From: Octopus sinensis
Lineage: Eukaryota
Reading direction: 5' to 3'
Length of the DNA stretch: 64,000 bases
Assembly: GCF_006345805.1 (NCBI RefSeq)
Contig: NC_043010.1
Location: forward strand, 20,708,001 to 20,772,000
Shown one piece after another: positions 25,254 to 39,612 of this stretch. The translations under genes were made by a program, and so were the position numbers. A model generated the notes under the pieces. It saw only the letters and a list, made by a program, of their open reading frames with translations. It ran no database searches and was not told the DNA's origin. Each line of letters starts with the position of its first letter. Position 1 is the stretch's first letter.

Positions 25254-25951
25254 ATCCAAACAAGAAAACAAAAAACACAACAACGCAAGGACGTGGAACA
25301 AATAAAGTATTATTGGGCGCTCACGCACAGACACACACACATATATATATATATATAAACATACACACATATACACAGGAATATATATGCATATATATGT
25401 ATTAGCATATATGCATACACAACACACATACACATACATAGAGGCACAGAGTAACATCCACAGAATTCTGAGATGATCAGACAGCATGCCTTACAGTATT
25501 CGTTTCCAAAAGCTGCGTCCAAATACTGCCGGGGTCAGCTTACCCTTTCATACTTTCATGAAATGAGAGGCTGCCAAATGGGATATTTTACGGTTTGTTC
25601 CGGCTTTCTGAATTCTGGACACAATTCTTGCAAAGAACCTGTTTGTCGTAGAAAAGGTAGACTTGCTTGTAAAGGCCACGGCTGATCTTCTATTAAGGGA
25701 CCTTATCCTGGCGCTGCGCCTCTGGCAGAAACTCTCTGGTTGTAGATTCATAGTTTTACGAAGCATAGAGAGGGTTCCAGGCACGTAGAAACAATGGCAT
25801 ACACACACACACATGCACATACACGCACACGCACACACGCACATACACTCACACACGCTCACACACGCATATACACACATACACACACATGCACACACAC
25901 ACACGCATATACACACAAACACACACACACACTCTCTCTCCCTCTCTCTCC

Positions 25952-26040
<89 letters not shown>

Positions 26041-26439
26041 ATCGACGCTAGTACTCGACTTGTTTTATCGATCCCATAAGGTTAAAAAGCAAAAACAACC
26101 TCTGCAAAATTTGAACTCAGGACTTAAAGAACCAGAAGAAATCCCCTAACCATCTTGACCGCGGTTAACGCTTCCGCTAACTCATCACCTTAGACGGAAA
26201 GAGTGGGAAGATATATCTCAAATAATTTTGTCCGTATCTTTAACGCTTCTACCAAACCACCATACTTATGCTATAAATATCTACCGTCAATATATATGAC
26301 TGGCTTCGTGGACCTTCTCAGTGTGGCGGAAGTATGTGCTGTGCATATAGATCCGACGTTTGAAATAGACATCAGCTATACCTATGTACCTATGTACTGT
26401 TTCTTTTCAGCTGTGTAATTTGGCATGATTGTAGTAAAT

Positions 26440-27150
26440 TCGGTTCGTACACCATCGATTCCGTATCGAATGCCTAATATTAAACTGTCTTTCTATGTGA
26501 ATGGTCCGGAATATCTAATTTAATGTTGTTGGAGAGTACCTTCATGTAGGGACTACAACCCTAGCTGATTTCTCATGGAAAACTTGTTGAAAGTTTACTC
26601 TATGTTTATCGGGAAATACTTATCGAAAAATTAAGGTACTTCTTACACATATTGATCTAAACGTTTAAGAAAAAAAAAGAAAAGAAATAAAGGCAAGTAA
26701 ACCGGAAGATCTATCTGAATCTATTACTAGACTGGGAGTTGAGTGTATGGGTTGTAGAAAACTTTCTTTTTGAAGCCCTACCTGCTAGTGTTCTGTTGTA
26801 TAAGGAGTCGCTTTATAAAAAATTACGTAAATGAAGGTTAGAAATTATTTTAATGATATAAAGCATGCAACAAGAGATCGACTGTGTAAATCTGAAGTTA
26901 GACCAACCTTGCCAAATGAAACGAATATAAAGAAATATTATATAGGCATGGTAGAAGGCAAATTGAAGAAAAAGGTTTTATAGTCTGAACACATCTTTTA
27001 GACATCTCTTCAATAGGAATTCGACGACGCTAGACAACCTCGTTTAGAAACTTAAGGAATAGAATGTTGACAACAACAACAAATTGAAGCTTGAAAAATC
27101 GATTGAATCGATACGACAATGGGTGAAGACTGTGCAGGCTTTATGCAACA
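26440..27150 (+). pseudogene. Old PLE remnant (post-RT and GIY-YIG region)
   Basis: Fragments such as Y-IGMVEG..K.RFY and SFRHLFNRNSTTL resemble the Penelope endonuclease; heavily disrupted. Confidence 0.45.
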
Positions 27151-27652
27151 TAAATGGTGCAGCCCCACTCTTGGCATTCAGTCTCCTTTATGTTGTATCA
27201 GCTGAAGTTGGATTTCACCCACTCAATGACTGATTCTGTAAAGCTCAATCATTTCTAATTAATGATCTTACACGAACGCTATATTACATGTCTTTTAAGT
27301 TCATGCAACATCTTTATTCCCATCTGACTACCTGGTTCTTACTTAGGTCCGTTTGTATGTCATATGAGGGGACGGAGCAAAGTGCCAGATATGAATGTCA
27401 CCCAGTTTGATATGTTCACACTTGGTGCACGCAGAAGAATAACTTTTTCTGAACAAAACTCTTGTGAAGCGCGTAATGTGTGCTAATTATCAGATAGGCC
27501 AGGTAGGCCTGGTAGGCCTATTTTACACCTGCAGCAAATAACAGGAAACCACTCCCCTAATGAAATGAGATGGAGGTTGATGGCCTGTGGGTTCTTCAAG
27601 TTGATGGCTGCGACTTTCCACCAGTTTTAGTTCACATTTTAGAACTCATAGA

Positions 27653-28080
27653 AAGGTGGTTAGCTGGCAGAATCATTAGCACGCTGGGAAAAATGCTTAG
27701 CGATATTCCGCCCATTTTTATGTTCTGAGTTCAAATTCCATCAAGGACGACTTTGCTTTTCATCCTTTCCGGGTCGATTTAATAAGTCCTCGCTGCGCGC
27801 ACTAGGGGTCGATGTAATCGACTAACTCCCTCTCTCGAAATTGCTGTTCTTGTTCCACGTATATCGGTTTCAAATTTTGACACAAGGCAAACTTTGGGCG
27901 GACCGGGGGGCTAGGCGATTACATCGACCCCAGTACTCAGCTGGTAGTTATTTTATGGACCTCGAAAAGGTGAAGGGCAAAGTCAATTCTGATGGGAGTT
28001 GAACTCAGAACGTGAAGACGGACGAAACGTTGTTAAGCATTTTCTCCGACGTGCTAACGATTCTGCCAGCTCGTCGCCTT
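27653..28080. mobile_element. Two Meta-like SINEs tail-to-tail (+ then -)
   Basis: Family motifs in opposite orientations at 27653-27855 and 27865-28080. Confidence 0.8.
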
Positions 28081-28197
28081 ATACGGTATTTATATTGGAG
28101 CAAAATATGAACATGTTGAAAATTTTTAATCAATATCCACAGCCAATACATAGGAAATAATTAAAAGTACAGATGTGACCGTGTGGTAAGAAGCATT

Positions 28198-28760
28198 CTT
28201 CCCATACCAAAAAGAACTGCCCGAAGGACCAAAATAAGGTCCTGGAGGAGTTAATTAAAATACCGCCCCTGCTCCCTCAGTGGAGGAAGAGAGGGGGGAA
28301 GTCAGGAGGTAGAAACCTCATGGAAAAAAGGAACAAAAACGGAAGGTGGGCAACAATGGTTGCCCACCGTAGGATCCGAGGGCTGCAGGAGGGAGGGAGG
28401 ATCTGCTGGACAAGGCGGAGGAACTCCACCCTCCAGTGGTTCAAAGGAAAAAGAAGAAAAATGGGACATCGCCAGCTGTTCGGGACACACTGCTGGCGTG
28501 TCCCGAAGCATCTTTTGTGGGATTTGTGCCACCAAAGATGGAAATTTTACATCCCCGCCGTGATACAGAGGAGGAATTCGTGGTCCTCTTCCATAAGGGA
28601 GGGTCAGTAGAGGGCTTTGTCAAGAAGCTTAAAACGAAGGGCCGAAGGGAGGGGATTCTGTCCTGCACGGAGGACCCTGACTAGCCTTTGCAGGTGGCTG
28701 CGAAGGTCATGAGGGAGAACGACCTGTTCAGAATAAGGGTTCGATAAAATATAGTACCAA
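28198..28760 (+). pseudogene. Purine-rich fragment, possibly a LINE ORF1 remnant
   Basis: Starts SHTKKNCPK (end of a CCHC knuckle; compare THLKKKCP near 49090), fused to a SINE head. Confidence 0.35.
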
Positions 28761-29610
28761 TGAAATGTTGAGGTAAATTTAATTAACGACTCCCCCCACC
28801 CCACAAATTTCTGATTTTGAGTCAATACAAAGCAATTATAAAAGCCTACTGGTCGAGTGGTAGAATTTTCCTACCTTACGGTATTTAGTTAGAAGACTTT
28901 GCATTATGATTTCAAATCCCACCACGATCAGCGTTACGTTTCCTCCTTCCAAGGTCGATAACATAAAGTACCAGTCCAAGTAAAGGAGTCAATTTAATCG
29001 ATTAACCACCGGCCTCATAGTTCTTGCCTTGTATCAGTGTTAATACTAATTAATCCAGCGTTTTTCTCGCGTTCCGGCGTCTTGAGTAAAAGCGTTTCTG
29101 GCTGGTGTTTTTCTCATTCTTTTTATTTCCTTCGCTTTGTTTGGAATATCAGAATTAATACAGTTGAGAAAATTTGTCAGTTTTGTGCTTCATAGCATAG
29201 ATTCCTGATGTGACACCTAACCACCTCTGTAAATCTCAGCAATAACAAATACACAGATGTTACTCTGTAAGTTTATTTACAGTTTTTATCTAACAATGCT
29301 TAAGTTATTCTCTTATATCGGTCGACCCCAGCGGGTTTGAACACTAACCACATGTTATGTTTCCAGTCTTGTTTCTTCAGCATTTTCTCTTTTCAATTTG
29401 CCATCTTAAAAATATAATATTATTAATGAAAGGAATGATGGAGCTGTTGATGGTAAAAACGATTGTCATATGATACGATAAGCTCTTAATCTTGATCAAT
29501 TGTTTGTATGCTGGAATATATATATTGGTATTCCCTCTATTAATATGTCCTGTAGCAAAGACTACAAATGAGCGATGGTGAATGTTTAAATTAATATCAA
29601 TATATTGTAT

Positions 29611-30225
29611 GGCAGCGAGCTGACAGAATCATTAGCACACCGAGCAAAGTGTTGAGCGCTATTTCGTCCGTTCTTAAGTTCTGTGTTTAAATGCCGTCGA
29701 GGTCGACTTTACCTTTCATACTTTTGGAATCGGTAAATTAAGGGTACTAGGGCGAAGGTAAAGAATGCACCCGATGGTTAGGGTTTTTGTTACGCCGAAA
29801 ACCAGTGGTGTACGTATTCTTTACCTTCGCCGGTATTAGTGGGATACAAAAGTCCCGAAATATTGACTTAATGATTCAAGGGATCCGACAATATCCTCTG
29901 TGAATTCTTGGTTGTTTTTATCTAGTTTTTTTTTTACAAAATTTATTATATTCGTTCATTTTATGGTGATATATGATAGAAATAATTATAAAACAGTACT
30001 CTAAATACGTTCATTTTATTATATCGCTAAGTCAGTATTTCGGGACCCACGTCGAGCCCCTTGTATCGCTATGTCAGTATTTCGGGACCCACGTCGGGCC
30101 CTTGTATCGCTAAGTCAATATTTCGGGACCCTTGTATCCCACTAGTACTATATTAAGTACCAGTTGAGTACTGGGGTCGATGTAATCGACTTAACCCATC
30201 CCATGAAGTTGCTGACCTTTTAATC
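29611..30225 (+). mobile_element. Meta-like SINE interrupted by two small inverted-repeat elements (29750-29831 and 29834-30147)
   Basis: The SINE breaks at AAATTAAG (29742) and resumes at ATTAAGTACCAG (30152). The insert has IRs TAGTGGGATACAA..TCCCGAAATATTGACTTA / TAAGTCAATATTTCGGGA..TTGTATCCCACTA and about three ~41-bp tandem units at 30023-30140. Confidence 0.75.
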
Positions 30226-31356
30226 AATATTAATATATTGTTGTTGTTGTTTAATTCCCGGGTAACACATGACCGAAGAGATTTATAATTACCAGTGTTC
30301 ATGCTTAGGCCATCCCATATTTGATGTATAGATACCAAGAGCTGCTCGAGTGTTCAACGGCTCCTTTCATTTTAACTTTGAGCTTGTGTATGTGTGTCAG
30401 TATGCATAGGAACTAATGAAATAAGGATGGCCCTAGCCCCTCCTTGCGTTTGCGTGGCTCTGTATGCATATGTATTCTAGTACACAAATGCGTACATGCA
30501 TACGTACGCACGTACGTACATATGTACGTATATATCTATCGATTGATCGATCGACTTCAATTAGAATTCTAGCAGTTTATCAACGTATTTATTGATAAAC
30601 AGTTTTCCATTATATTGACTATATGAAATATACCTAAATCTTTCTGCAATATTAGTTTCAAACTTTTGGCACAATGCCAGCAACATTTTTGGCGGGGGAG
30701 GGGAGGGAGGTTAAGCTAATTACATCAACCCCAGTACTCAACCCTGAAAAGATGAAAAATAAAGTCAACCTCGACGGAATTTGAACTCAGAACATAAAGA
30801 CGGACGAAATTCTGCTAAGCAGTTCGCCCGGCGTGCGAACGTTTCTACCAGCTCGCCGCCTTGGAATCATGCCGTAATATCGCGACCTTGCCGACTGTCG
30901 CGACCTCACGTAACTAACAACGCAACGAGATAATTTTAAACGGTATTTCTGACAAAAAATTCCTGTTATTATATTACGATATATTTTCAAAATGACTGCG
31001 TCCTTAACAAAAATGTTCAAACGTTCTCTTACATCAAGATAATCTCGCGGATTTCTGTTCCAAAACGATCCAAACACGATGCAAATTGATTTCGGAAGAT
31101 CATGTTAAAAATCTGTAGTTCTATTCTTATCACAGATGCAGACATTTCTAAAGGTTAAGAAGTTCCGAATCGTAACCATACGGCTTTAGGTTTAATTCCA
31201 CTGCGTGGCACCTCGAGCCTGTATTTTCTATTGTAGCTTCGGAACGACTCAACGTTTGTTAGCGAAACTGGGAAGATGGGGATGATGCGGGTGAACTGTA
31301 ACTGTGGTGGGGGAGGGGATGTTGAATGCCATTATTTCGCTCGTAGGTATCTTAAG

Positions 31357-31592
31357 AAGAAGGCGGCGAGCTGACAGAATCGTTAGCACGCCGGGCGAAA
31401 TGCGTAGCCGTATTTCGTCTGCCGTTACATTCTGAGTTCAAATTCCGCCGAGGTCGACTTTGCCTTTCATCCTTTCGGGGTCGATAAATTAAGTACCAAT
31501 TACGCACTGGGGTCGATGTAATCGACTTAATCCGTTTGTCTGTCCTTGTTTGTCCCCTCTATGCTTAGCCTCTTGTGGGTAGTTAAGAAATG
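31357..31592 (+). mobile_element. Young Meta-like SINE with 11-bp TSD
   Basis: TSD GGTATCTTAAG at 31346-31356 and 31593-31603. Confidence 0.92.
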
Positions 31593-31627
31593 GGTATCTT
31601 AAGCAGAATTCCAGACATTCAAACTAT

Positions 31628-31746
31628 GGGCAGAGATAAATACGTACGCCACCGATTTTCGGCGTAACAAAAACCTTAACCCTAAAACTAACCCTAAACC
31701 CTAACCTTAACCCTAACCACCAGGTGTACGTATTCTTTACCTTCGC
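31628..31746. repeat. Small inverted-repeat element carrying a degenerate (CCCTAA)n tract
   Basis: AACCTTAACCCTAAAACTAACCCTAAACCCTAACCTTAACCCTAACC; homologous to 29750-29831 in reverse. Confidence 0.75.
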
Positions 31747-32345
31747 TAAACTGTCCCCGCCTGAGGATAACGCTAGAAGGTCAATTTTTCTATGTCCTTG
31801 CAACTAGTGGCAGGGTGGGGAGATAAACAATGCTTTGACTTGTTTCAACCATTAGACTGCGGCGTAGCTGGAGCAGCGCTCTGAAGAGTTTTTAGTCAAT
31901 TGAATCGACTCTTGTACTTTTATCTAAATCTATTTCTTAAGCTATCGATCTTTTTTGCAGAACCACTAAGTTACGGGGATGTAAACATACTAATACCGGT
32001 TGTCAAGTGGCGGTGGTGGGTTGATGGGGGTCGAGCACAGACATTGATAAAAATAAAGAATCGAAACTATACTTAAACCAAACTTTCACATCATGTTAGG
32101 CTTCAAAAAAATCTGTTGCACGAAGCCCCACCCCGCACTTTTTGTTTTTAAATTGAACATTATTGATCTTAGGAAATGGATTCCTATACAGTGGTGCTGC
32201 TGTAATTCATGCATGACTAAACCATCAAGTTTTCATTTTCGGTGGAATTTGAACTCAGAACATAAAGACTGACGAGGTGCCTCCAAATATTTTGCCCGGC
32301 GTGCTAAGGTTTCTGCCAGCACCTTGCATTATTTTCTCCCTATAT

Positions 32346-32740
32346 TCTTTTCTACTCTAGACATAAAGCCCGAAATTTTGGGGAAGGGGCCACTCGATTA
32401 GATCGACCCATAACGCAACTAGTACTTAATTTATCGACCCCGAAAGGATGAAAGGCAAAGTCGACTTCGGCGGAATTTGAACTCAGAACGTAACGGCAGG
32501 CGAAATACCTATTTCCGTACTACCCACAAGGGGCTACACACAGAGGGGACAAACAAGGACAGACAAACGGATTAAGTCGATTACATCGACCCCAGTGCGT
32601 AACTGGTACTTAATTTATCGACCTCGAAAGGATGAAAGGCAAAGTCGACCTCGGCGGAATTGGAACTCAGAACGTAATGGCATACGAAATACGGCTACGC
32701 ATTTCGCCCGGCGTGCTAACGTTTCTGCCAGCTCACTGCT
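32346..32740 (-). mobile_element. Dimeric (nested) Meta-like SINE
   Basis: Young tail joined to GGTATTTCG (32501-32509, minus strand) of an older copy. Confidence 0.85.
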
Positions 32741-33185
32741 TTGTTTTCTAATCGCCCCCCTCAATGCCCGTGCTAAATACCATGTCCAACAATTTCTCCT
32801 TCGATGTAATCCGCAGTCTCCAGCTGCTCAAGAAGATCAACAAGCAAAACAAGTGTCATCAAACGATTGACGGTCAACACATCTTCCTCCTCCGACTAAA
32901 ATACCTCAAAAAACAAAAACAGAACAAAACCAGCAAATTCATTTAGAAGTGCCATTAGATAATGAAGCGGTAATTTAGTAGGAAACGTATGAAAATAAAC
33001 GGTGGTATTACAAGTTCTAGTGTCAATATTTAAATATAAGTGTGTAATTAGGGTCGAGCATTCGGCTGATTAGAATTTCTTTTCTGTTTACAAAAATAAC
33101 CAGAGTTAGCTACTTTGTTTTAAGTAACGAAATCACACTTCCTAATTATATTTTCAAAACTTCGGGTAATCTATCTATCTATCTA

Positions 33186-33255
<70 letters not shown>

Positions 33256-33294
33256 ATCTATCTATCTATCTATCTATCTATCTCTATCTATCTA

Positions 33295-33337
<43 letters not shown>

Positions 33338-33780
33338 GGCTGGCTGTCAGTCTGCCTGCCTGCCTGTCTGTCTGTCTGACTATGCCTATACGAATGTATG
33401 TATGTATGTATGTATGTATGTATGTATGTATGTATGTATGTATGTACTTAGCACGTGGCTTAGTGTTAGTGCGGTATTCTGCTCACGATCGTAAAGTCGC
33501 GAGTTCGATACCCAGAGACGCGCTGTGACCTTGAGCAAGACACTTTATTGCACGTTGCACCAGTGGAGTACTCAGCCACTTGCACGTTAATTTCACAAGC
33601 AGGCTGTTCCGTTGATCCGATCAGCTGGAGTATTCGTCGTCGTAAACGACGGAGTACCTGTTAGTTATATAATTTTATTTTATGGCTGTGTTTTAGGCAT
33701 CTGCCATATTGTAAGTAAAACTGAAACACAAATGAACCAAAGGAAAGAGATCTGAGCGATCTGTTGTAGGAATAAGAACA

Positions 33781-34664
33781 CAGTAATCCCTCGCCATATC
33801 GCGGTTTACCTATCGCGGTTTATTATTATTGCGGCTTCTTTTCAACAAATTTTATTCACCGGAAACAATTACAATATTTGACAAAAACATCTTTAAATGA
33901 CGGTCTGACCGTCTGCCAAGCAAATGGGAAGCAGTGATTGAAGTAGATGGTGAATATGCTCCGGAATAATCATTTAGAGATGTTTTTGTTACATGGTGTT
34001 ATTGTTTTTGTTGAATAAAATTTGTTGAAAAAAAGCCGCAATAATTATGCACCAACCTAATATTAAAGCTTACGAAGGCGGCGAGCTGGCAGAATCGTTA
34101 GAACACCGGGCAAAATGCTTAGCAGTATTTCGTCTGCCGCTACGTTCTGAGTTCAAATTCCGCCAAGGTCGACTTTGCCTTTCATCCTTTCGGGGTCAAT
34201 AAATTAAGTACCAGTTGCGCACTGGGGTCGATGTAATCGACTTAATCCGTTTGTCTGTTCTTGTTTGTGCCCTCTATGTTTAGCCCCTTGTGGGCAATAA
34301 AGAAATAGGTATTTCGTCTGTCTAAACGTTCTGAGTTCAAATGCCGCCGGGGTCGACTTTGCCTTTCATCCTTTCGGGGCCGATTAAATAGGTACCAGTT
34401 GGACACTGGGGCCGATCTAATGGACTTACTCCCTCCTCCAAAATTTCAGGGATTGTGCCTATAGTGGAAAGGTTTATTTAAGCTTACGTCAATTTCTCCT
34501 TGGTGTTGTTTTGCATTTAAAATAATATATATATATATACATATACAAATTATAAATATGATTTAAAAAAATATATATAGTACGGTACTGTTTCTACTTC
34601 ACGGATTTTCACATATCGCGGAACGTTTTGGAATGTAAGACCCGCGGTAGTCGAGGGATTACGG
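33781..34664. mobile_element. pogo/Tigger-type MITE containing a mariner-end fragment (33821-34060) and a dimeric SINE (34075-34475)
   Basis: Ends CAGTAATCCCTCG / CGAGGGATTACGG-TA; inner IR 33825-33858 vs 34012-34045 ending GCACCAACCTAA-TA. Confidence 0.7.
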
Positions 34665-35201
34665 TATACAAATATCTGTAAAAGACAAAATTATGATTTA
34701 TTGAAATTGTTCTGGCCTCTGGAGACGATCGAGCAAACGCGTGATGACCACTGGTGCACATAGCAAATGAAAAGGAGGGCTGGTCTGAAGAATGAATGTC
34801 TCCAAAACTGACATGCCACTAAAGAAAAGACAGCCTCATTGTCTACAAAAGTTCTCTCGTGTGCAGACAAAGGCGATGTACGTCAATAAAGTCAGCAACG
34901 ATTTGCAGCTTAATGGTTTTGTTTGGCTCCGGCTTTATTTTACCGGATTCCTTGCTGTCGCACTCACTTTCCGGCTTCTTTGTGTTTAGCAGAGACTGGT
35001 CCAATACGGAAATGAGAGTGTTGTGATTCGCGCGCGCCCACACACACACACACACACACAAAAACACACACACACACACAAATACGCAAACATGCGCACG
35101 CACAAACACACACATACACACACATTCACACACAAACACGCACACATACATACACATGTATTTTCGTTTTAAAGAAGCTAAGTGCCACTTAGTAAAATAA
35201 T

Positions 35202-35358
35202 GAGTGGCTGTGTGGTAATAAGCTCGCATCCCAACCACATAGTTCCGGGTTCAGTCCCACTGCGTGACACCTCGGGCAACTGTCTTCTACTAGAGCCTCA
35301 GGCCGACTAAAAGACTTGTGAGTGGATCCGGTAGACGGAAACTGAAAAGAAGGCCGTC

Positions 35359-35445
<87 letters not shown>

Positions 35446-35474
35446 CATACATATATATATATACATATATATAC

Positions 35475-35505
<31 letters not shown>

Positions 35506-35593
35506 TATGTATGTATATGTATATATATTATATATATATACACACCACCTACCTGTCTTCGTCTTTTGTGTTTTTGTGAATTCTCCGTATATA

Positions 35594-35680
<87 letters not shown>

Positions 35681-35741
35681 CGGAGAATTCACAAAAACAC
35701 AAAAGACGAAGACAGGTAGGTGGTGTGTATATATATATATA

Positions 35742-35774
<33 letters not shown>

Positions 35775-36000
35775 CAAATATACTTATGCATGTATTTGTG
35801 TCAGTGCTTGTTCTCCCCACCATCGCTTGACAACCGATATTGGTGCTTTTACGTTCCAGTAACTTAGCGGTACGGCTTAAGACCCGATAAAGTTAAGTAC
35901 TAAGCTTACAAAGAATAAGTCCTGGGGTCGATTTGTTCGACTAAAAGGCAGTGCTCCAGCATGGCCACAGTCAAATGACTGAAACAAGTAAAAGAGTAAA
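35202..36000 (+). mobile_element. Composite SINE with an expanded internal (TA)n holding a 47-bp-arm palindrome
   Basis: Head 35202-35360, tail 35795-36000; arms 35541-35587 and 35681-35727. Confidence 0.85.
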
Positions 36001-36765
36001 AAAGTAATACTTACATACACAAGCACGCACACATACGCACGTACGCACTCACACACCCCCACACACACACGCACGCACTCAGACGCACGGAGGCACACAC
36101 ACATACACACGCACGCACACACACACGCAGACACGCACGCACACACACTCATACACACTTACACACATGTATATTATTTACTCTACACGGTACAGTACTG
36201 TATACATTAAATGATATTTACCTGTCACATGATGGAGTAACTCCTGTTCGATTTACCTTAGCGGAACAGTAAATTATATATAGTATATATATAGGACATC
36301 CCTTTAAATAGGAATCTACCCCCTAACAAAACCGCACATCCACCCGGATTACCACCGGATCTTCGATCTGTTTTGGATTGTACCTTCACGGATCTCACTG
36401 GCTTTTTATCTCTGACGGATACCACAACTTTAGAACTTTCTGGACTTTCTCAACTTTTAAACTTTGCCATTTTCTCTCCTTTTAAGCTTTCTTTGTCTTT
36501 TTTTCTCCTGTTTGTTTTCCTCTTGTTTTCTGTCCCTTTTTTTCTCTTTTTTCCCGCGTGATCGCTGACTACTACACAGTTTTTCTCTATCCTTTTTTTT
36601 TTCATTCTCTCTCAATATTTCCCCCTCTTAATCCTTTCTGCTGAAGAGCGTAAACTGGAAACGTAAAAGGGTTCCGTTTTTTCCGAGCGTTAAACAAATA
36701 TATATATATATACATATACATATATACAAATATATATATACATATATACATATATATACATATAT

Positions 36766-36782
<17 letters not shown>

Positions 36783-36797
<15 letters not shown>

Positions 36798-36922
36798 TGC
36801 ATATATGGGTTTGCTTCGTATTTCATGTTGTTATATATATATATATATATAAGAATATAGATATATATAACAACATGAAATACGAAAGCAAACCCATATA
36901 TGCATGTGTGTGTGTGTGTGTG
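36783..36922. repeat. Palindrome with ~50-bp arms around a TA-rich spacer
   Basis: GCATATATGGGTTTGCTTCGTATTTCATGTTGTTA vs TAACAACATGAAATACGAAAGCAAACCCATATATGC. Confidence 0.9.
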
Positions 36923-36985
36923 TAAATATAATATATATATATATGTATATATGTATATATATTTATACATATATATATGTATATA

Positions 36986-37017
<32 letters not shown>

Positions 37018-38403
37018 GATATATATATATTATTGTATGTATGTATGTATGTATGTATATATGCTTGTGTGTATGTGTGTGTGCATATTGGATCTATTTC
37101 TCGGTGCAGATGAGTGAACTCGACCAGTGATATTATAAAGAGAACTGTCAAGAGCCAACGAAGGCGCTCGACTTATAAATATGTTGCAGCCAAATCGACC
37201 TCAAATCGCAGCCTGACATCTTAGGAAAATAAATGGCAGATTTACAAATGTAGTCGGTTTTACATAATGGCCACAAAAAATTGTGATGATCACGACTAGA
37301 ATGTCTTTAATTGTAGGTCTGCTACGACGATGGTTGACCCGCGAGAAATAGTACCCCTACTACCATCACTACCACGACCACTCCAAGCATAATCATCATC
37401 ATCATCAACGCATAATCATCATCATCAACAACAACAACTACGACGATACCGCAACAACGGCAAGAACAATGAAGGATTGAACCTGGAAATTCATCTTTAT
37501 TCATAGAACACGTTGATTACTTTCAGCTTTTCAATTGTTTTCAAAACTTGAACGTGTGTTTTTTTTACCCTTTTGTATACCGGTTACATCGCCTTATGTT
37601 TTATTCAGAAAGTTTAAATCAACATCTGTGTTGTGTTTATTCCTTCTCGCTAAAATTCCGCCATTTCGTTTGGCCTCCAAGCCATACGGTCATTATGAAG
37701 TAACTTATGAAAGGAAAAAAAAAAAGAAGAAAAATACCCCCCCCCTCACCATCATCATTTATATCTATTTATGTTATGAGATTTCCTTTCAGTTGTGGCC
37801 GTGGGAAATATCTTGTCATTCCAACGACAAATAACTAACGATTTATTTTCGTTGGTTTTCTTGTAATTTTGATTTATAATTAGCATCGACCGACAATGTG
37901 TTTACAATTCAAGTAAAACGCTTCACCTGTAAAAAAAATCCGAAAGCTTTTACATAATCTGCTTGACATCGTTACATATACACGTTGAGTGAGTGACAAC
38001 ACACACATACTCACACACACACGCCCACATACATTCTTTGTGGTTAGATAAGACTAATGTTTCTTTTCGTCTCTGGTGTAAAAAGAAAAGAATGATTTAT
38101 GCACTTTATTACACAAATTGCAAAATAAATAAATAAATAAATATAATTTAAATAAAAAGACAAAGAACAAATTAAAAGAAGATCGTTTGTTAAGGAGCAG
38201 TCGACTCGCACCAATGGAGACCCAATTTCCATTGCATAACCTGTCTGGTTACGCACTTAAAATCGCTTTAATCATCCTGCACGCACAAAAGACTAAAGTT
38301 TCATCAATCCTATTGGACAATTCACCATCCATATATATCACATGCTTCTACTCGTGCAACCTCCTCCTTTGTGCATTCTGTGTGATCAGAGTTATTACAT
38401 GTA

Positions 38404-38633
38404 CGGCGTGCTGGCAGAAACGTTAGCACGCCGGGCGAAATGCGTAGCCGTATTTCGTCTGCCGCTACGTTCTGGGTTCAAATTCCGCTGAGGTCGACTT
38501 TGCCTTTCATCCTTTCGCAGTCGATAAATTAAGTACCAGTAACGCACTGGGGTCGATGTAATCGACTTAATCCGTTTGTCTGTCCTTGTTTGTCCCCTTC
38601 TATGTTTAGCCCCTTGTGGGTAGTAAAGAAATA
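38404..38633 (+). mobile_element. Young Meta-like SINE with 8-bp TSD
   Basis: TSD TACATGTA at 38396-38403 and 38634-38641. Confidence 0.9.
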
Positions 38634-38890
38634 TACATGTATTGAAGAGCACGCCGAAATATTGGTTTCAAATTTTGGCACAAGGCCTGCAATTTCGGGA
38701 GAAGGAGTAGGTGGGTCAATTACATCGGCCCCAGTGATCAACTGGTACTTATTTTATTGACCCCGAAAGGATGTAAAGCAAAGCCGACTACGACCGCAGA
38801 GGAATTTTGAGCATGCAGTGATATTCACTGAAGTCTAGTACGAATGTACTAAGCAATGAAGTTTCGGACATTTATGAGAGTAACAACAAT

Positions 38891-39112
38891 TTATGTTGTG
38901 CATCCCAAAGCAAATGGCACGTGTGGCAGCGCCCCACGGACATTACTGCGATGACCAACGACAGTCGCTGCAGCAACTAGCCCCATTTCGTGGGGCTCCT
39001 TTCGTTGATAGATCGTAATTATCTCGATTTTGCGGAGGAAATCGGCCATGTGTGGTCCGAGAACATCTGAAGTCTCGACGGTGACCGGTACAAACTGATG
39101 ATGGCCGGTCAG
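38891..39112 (-). pseudogene. C-terminal restriction-like endonuclease remnant of a CRE-clade LINE
   Basis: FVPVTVETSDVLG..ADFLRKI..EPHE, then WL.QRLSL-like sequence in a shifted frame. Confidence 0.6.
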
Positions 39113-39118
39113 CATTCT

Positions 39119-39517
39119 ACTCTTTTACTTGTTTCAGTCATTTGACTGCGGTCATGCTGGAGCACCGCCTTTAGTCGAGCAAATCGACCCCAGGACTTAT
39201 TCTTTGTAAGCCTAGTACTTATTCTATCGGTCTCTTTTGTCGAACCGTTAAGTGACGGGGACGTAAACACACCAGCATCGGTTGTCAAGCGATGTTGGGG
39301 GCAAACACAGACACACAAACACACACACACACACATATATGTATACGTATATACGACAGGATTTTTTCAGTTTCCGTCTACCAAATCCACTCACAAGGCT
39401 TTGGTCAGCCCGAGGCTATAGTAGAAGACACTTGCCCAAGGTGCCACGCAGTGGGACTGAACCCGGAACCATGTGGTTGGTAAGCAAGCTACTTACCGCA
39501 CAGCCACTCCTACGCCT
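39119..39517 (-). mobile_element. Full-length composite SINE
   Basis: Complete head, internal microsatellite and tail of the 4691/35202 family. Confidence 0.88.
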
Positions 39518-39612
39518 ATGCGTTTATATTCTATTATTTGTTTTTCTTGGACAATTATGTGACAAGTTGGTGTCAACATATTTAATGAAAGGGGCTTTAA
39601 AACGCTAACCAC

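Noticed and set aside
25460-25795. Host exon
   Set aside because: No recognisable domain or convincing splice pair; the ORF is opened by an adjacent microsatellite.
31670-31718. True telomere or chromosome fusion site
   Set aside because: Short, degenerate, single orientation, and inside a small repeat element.
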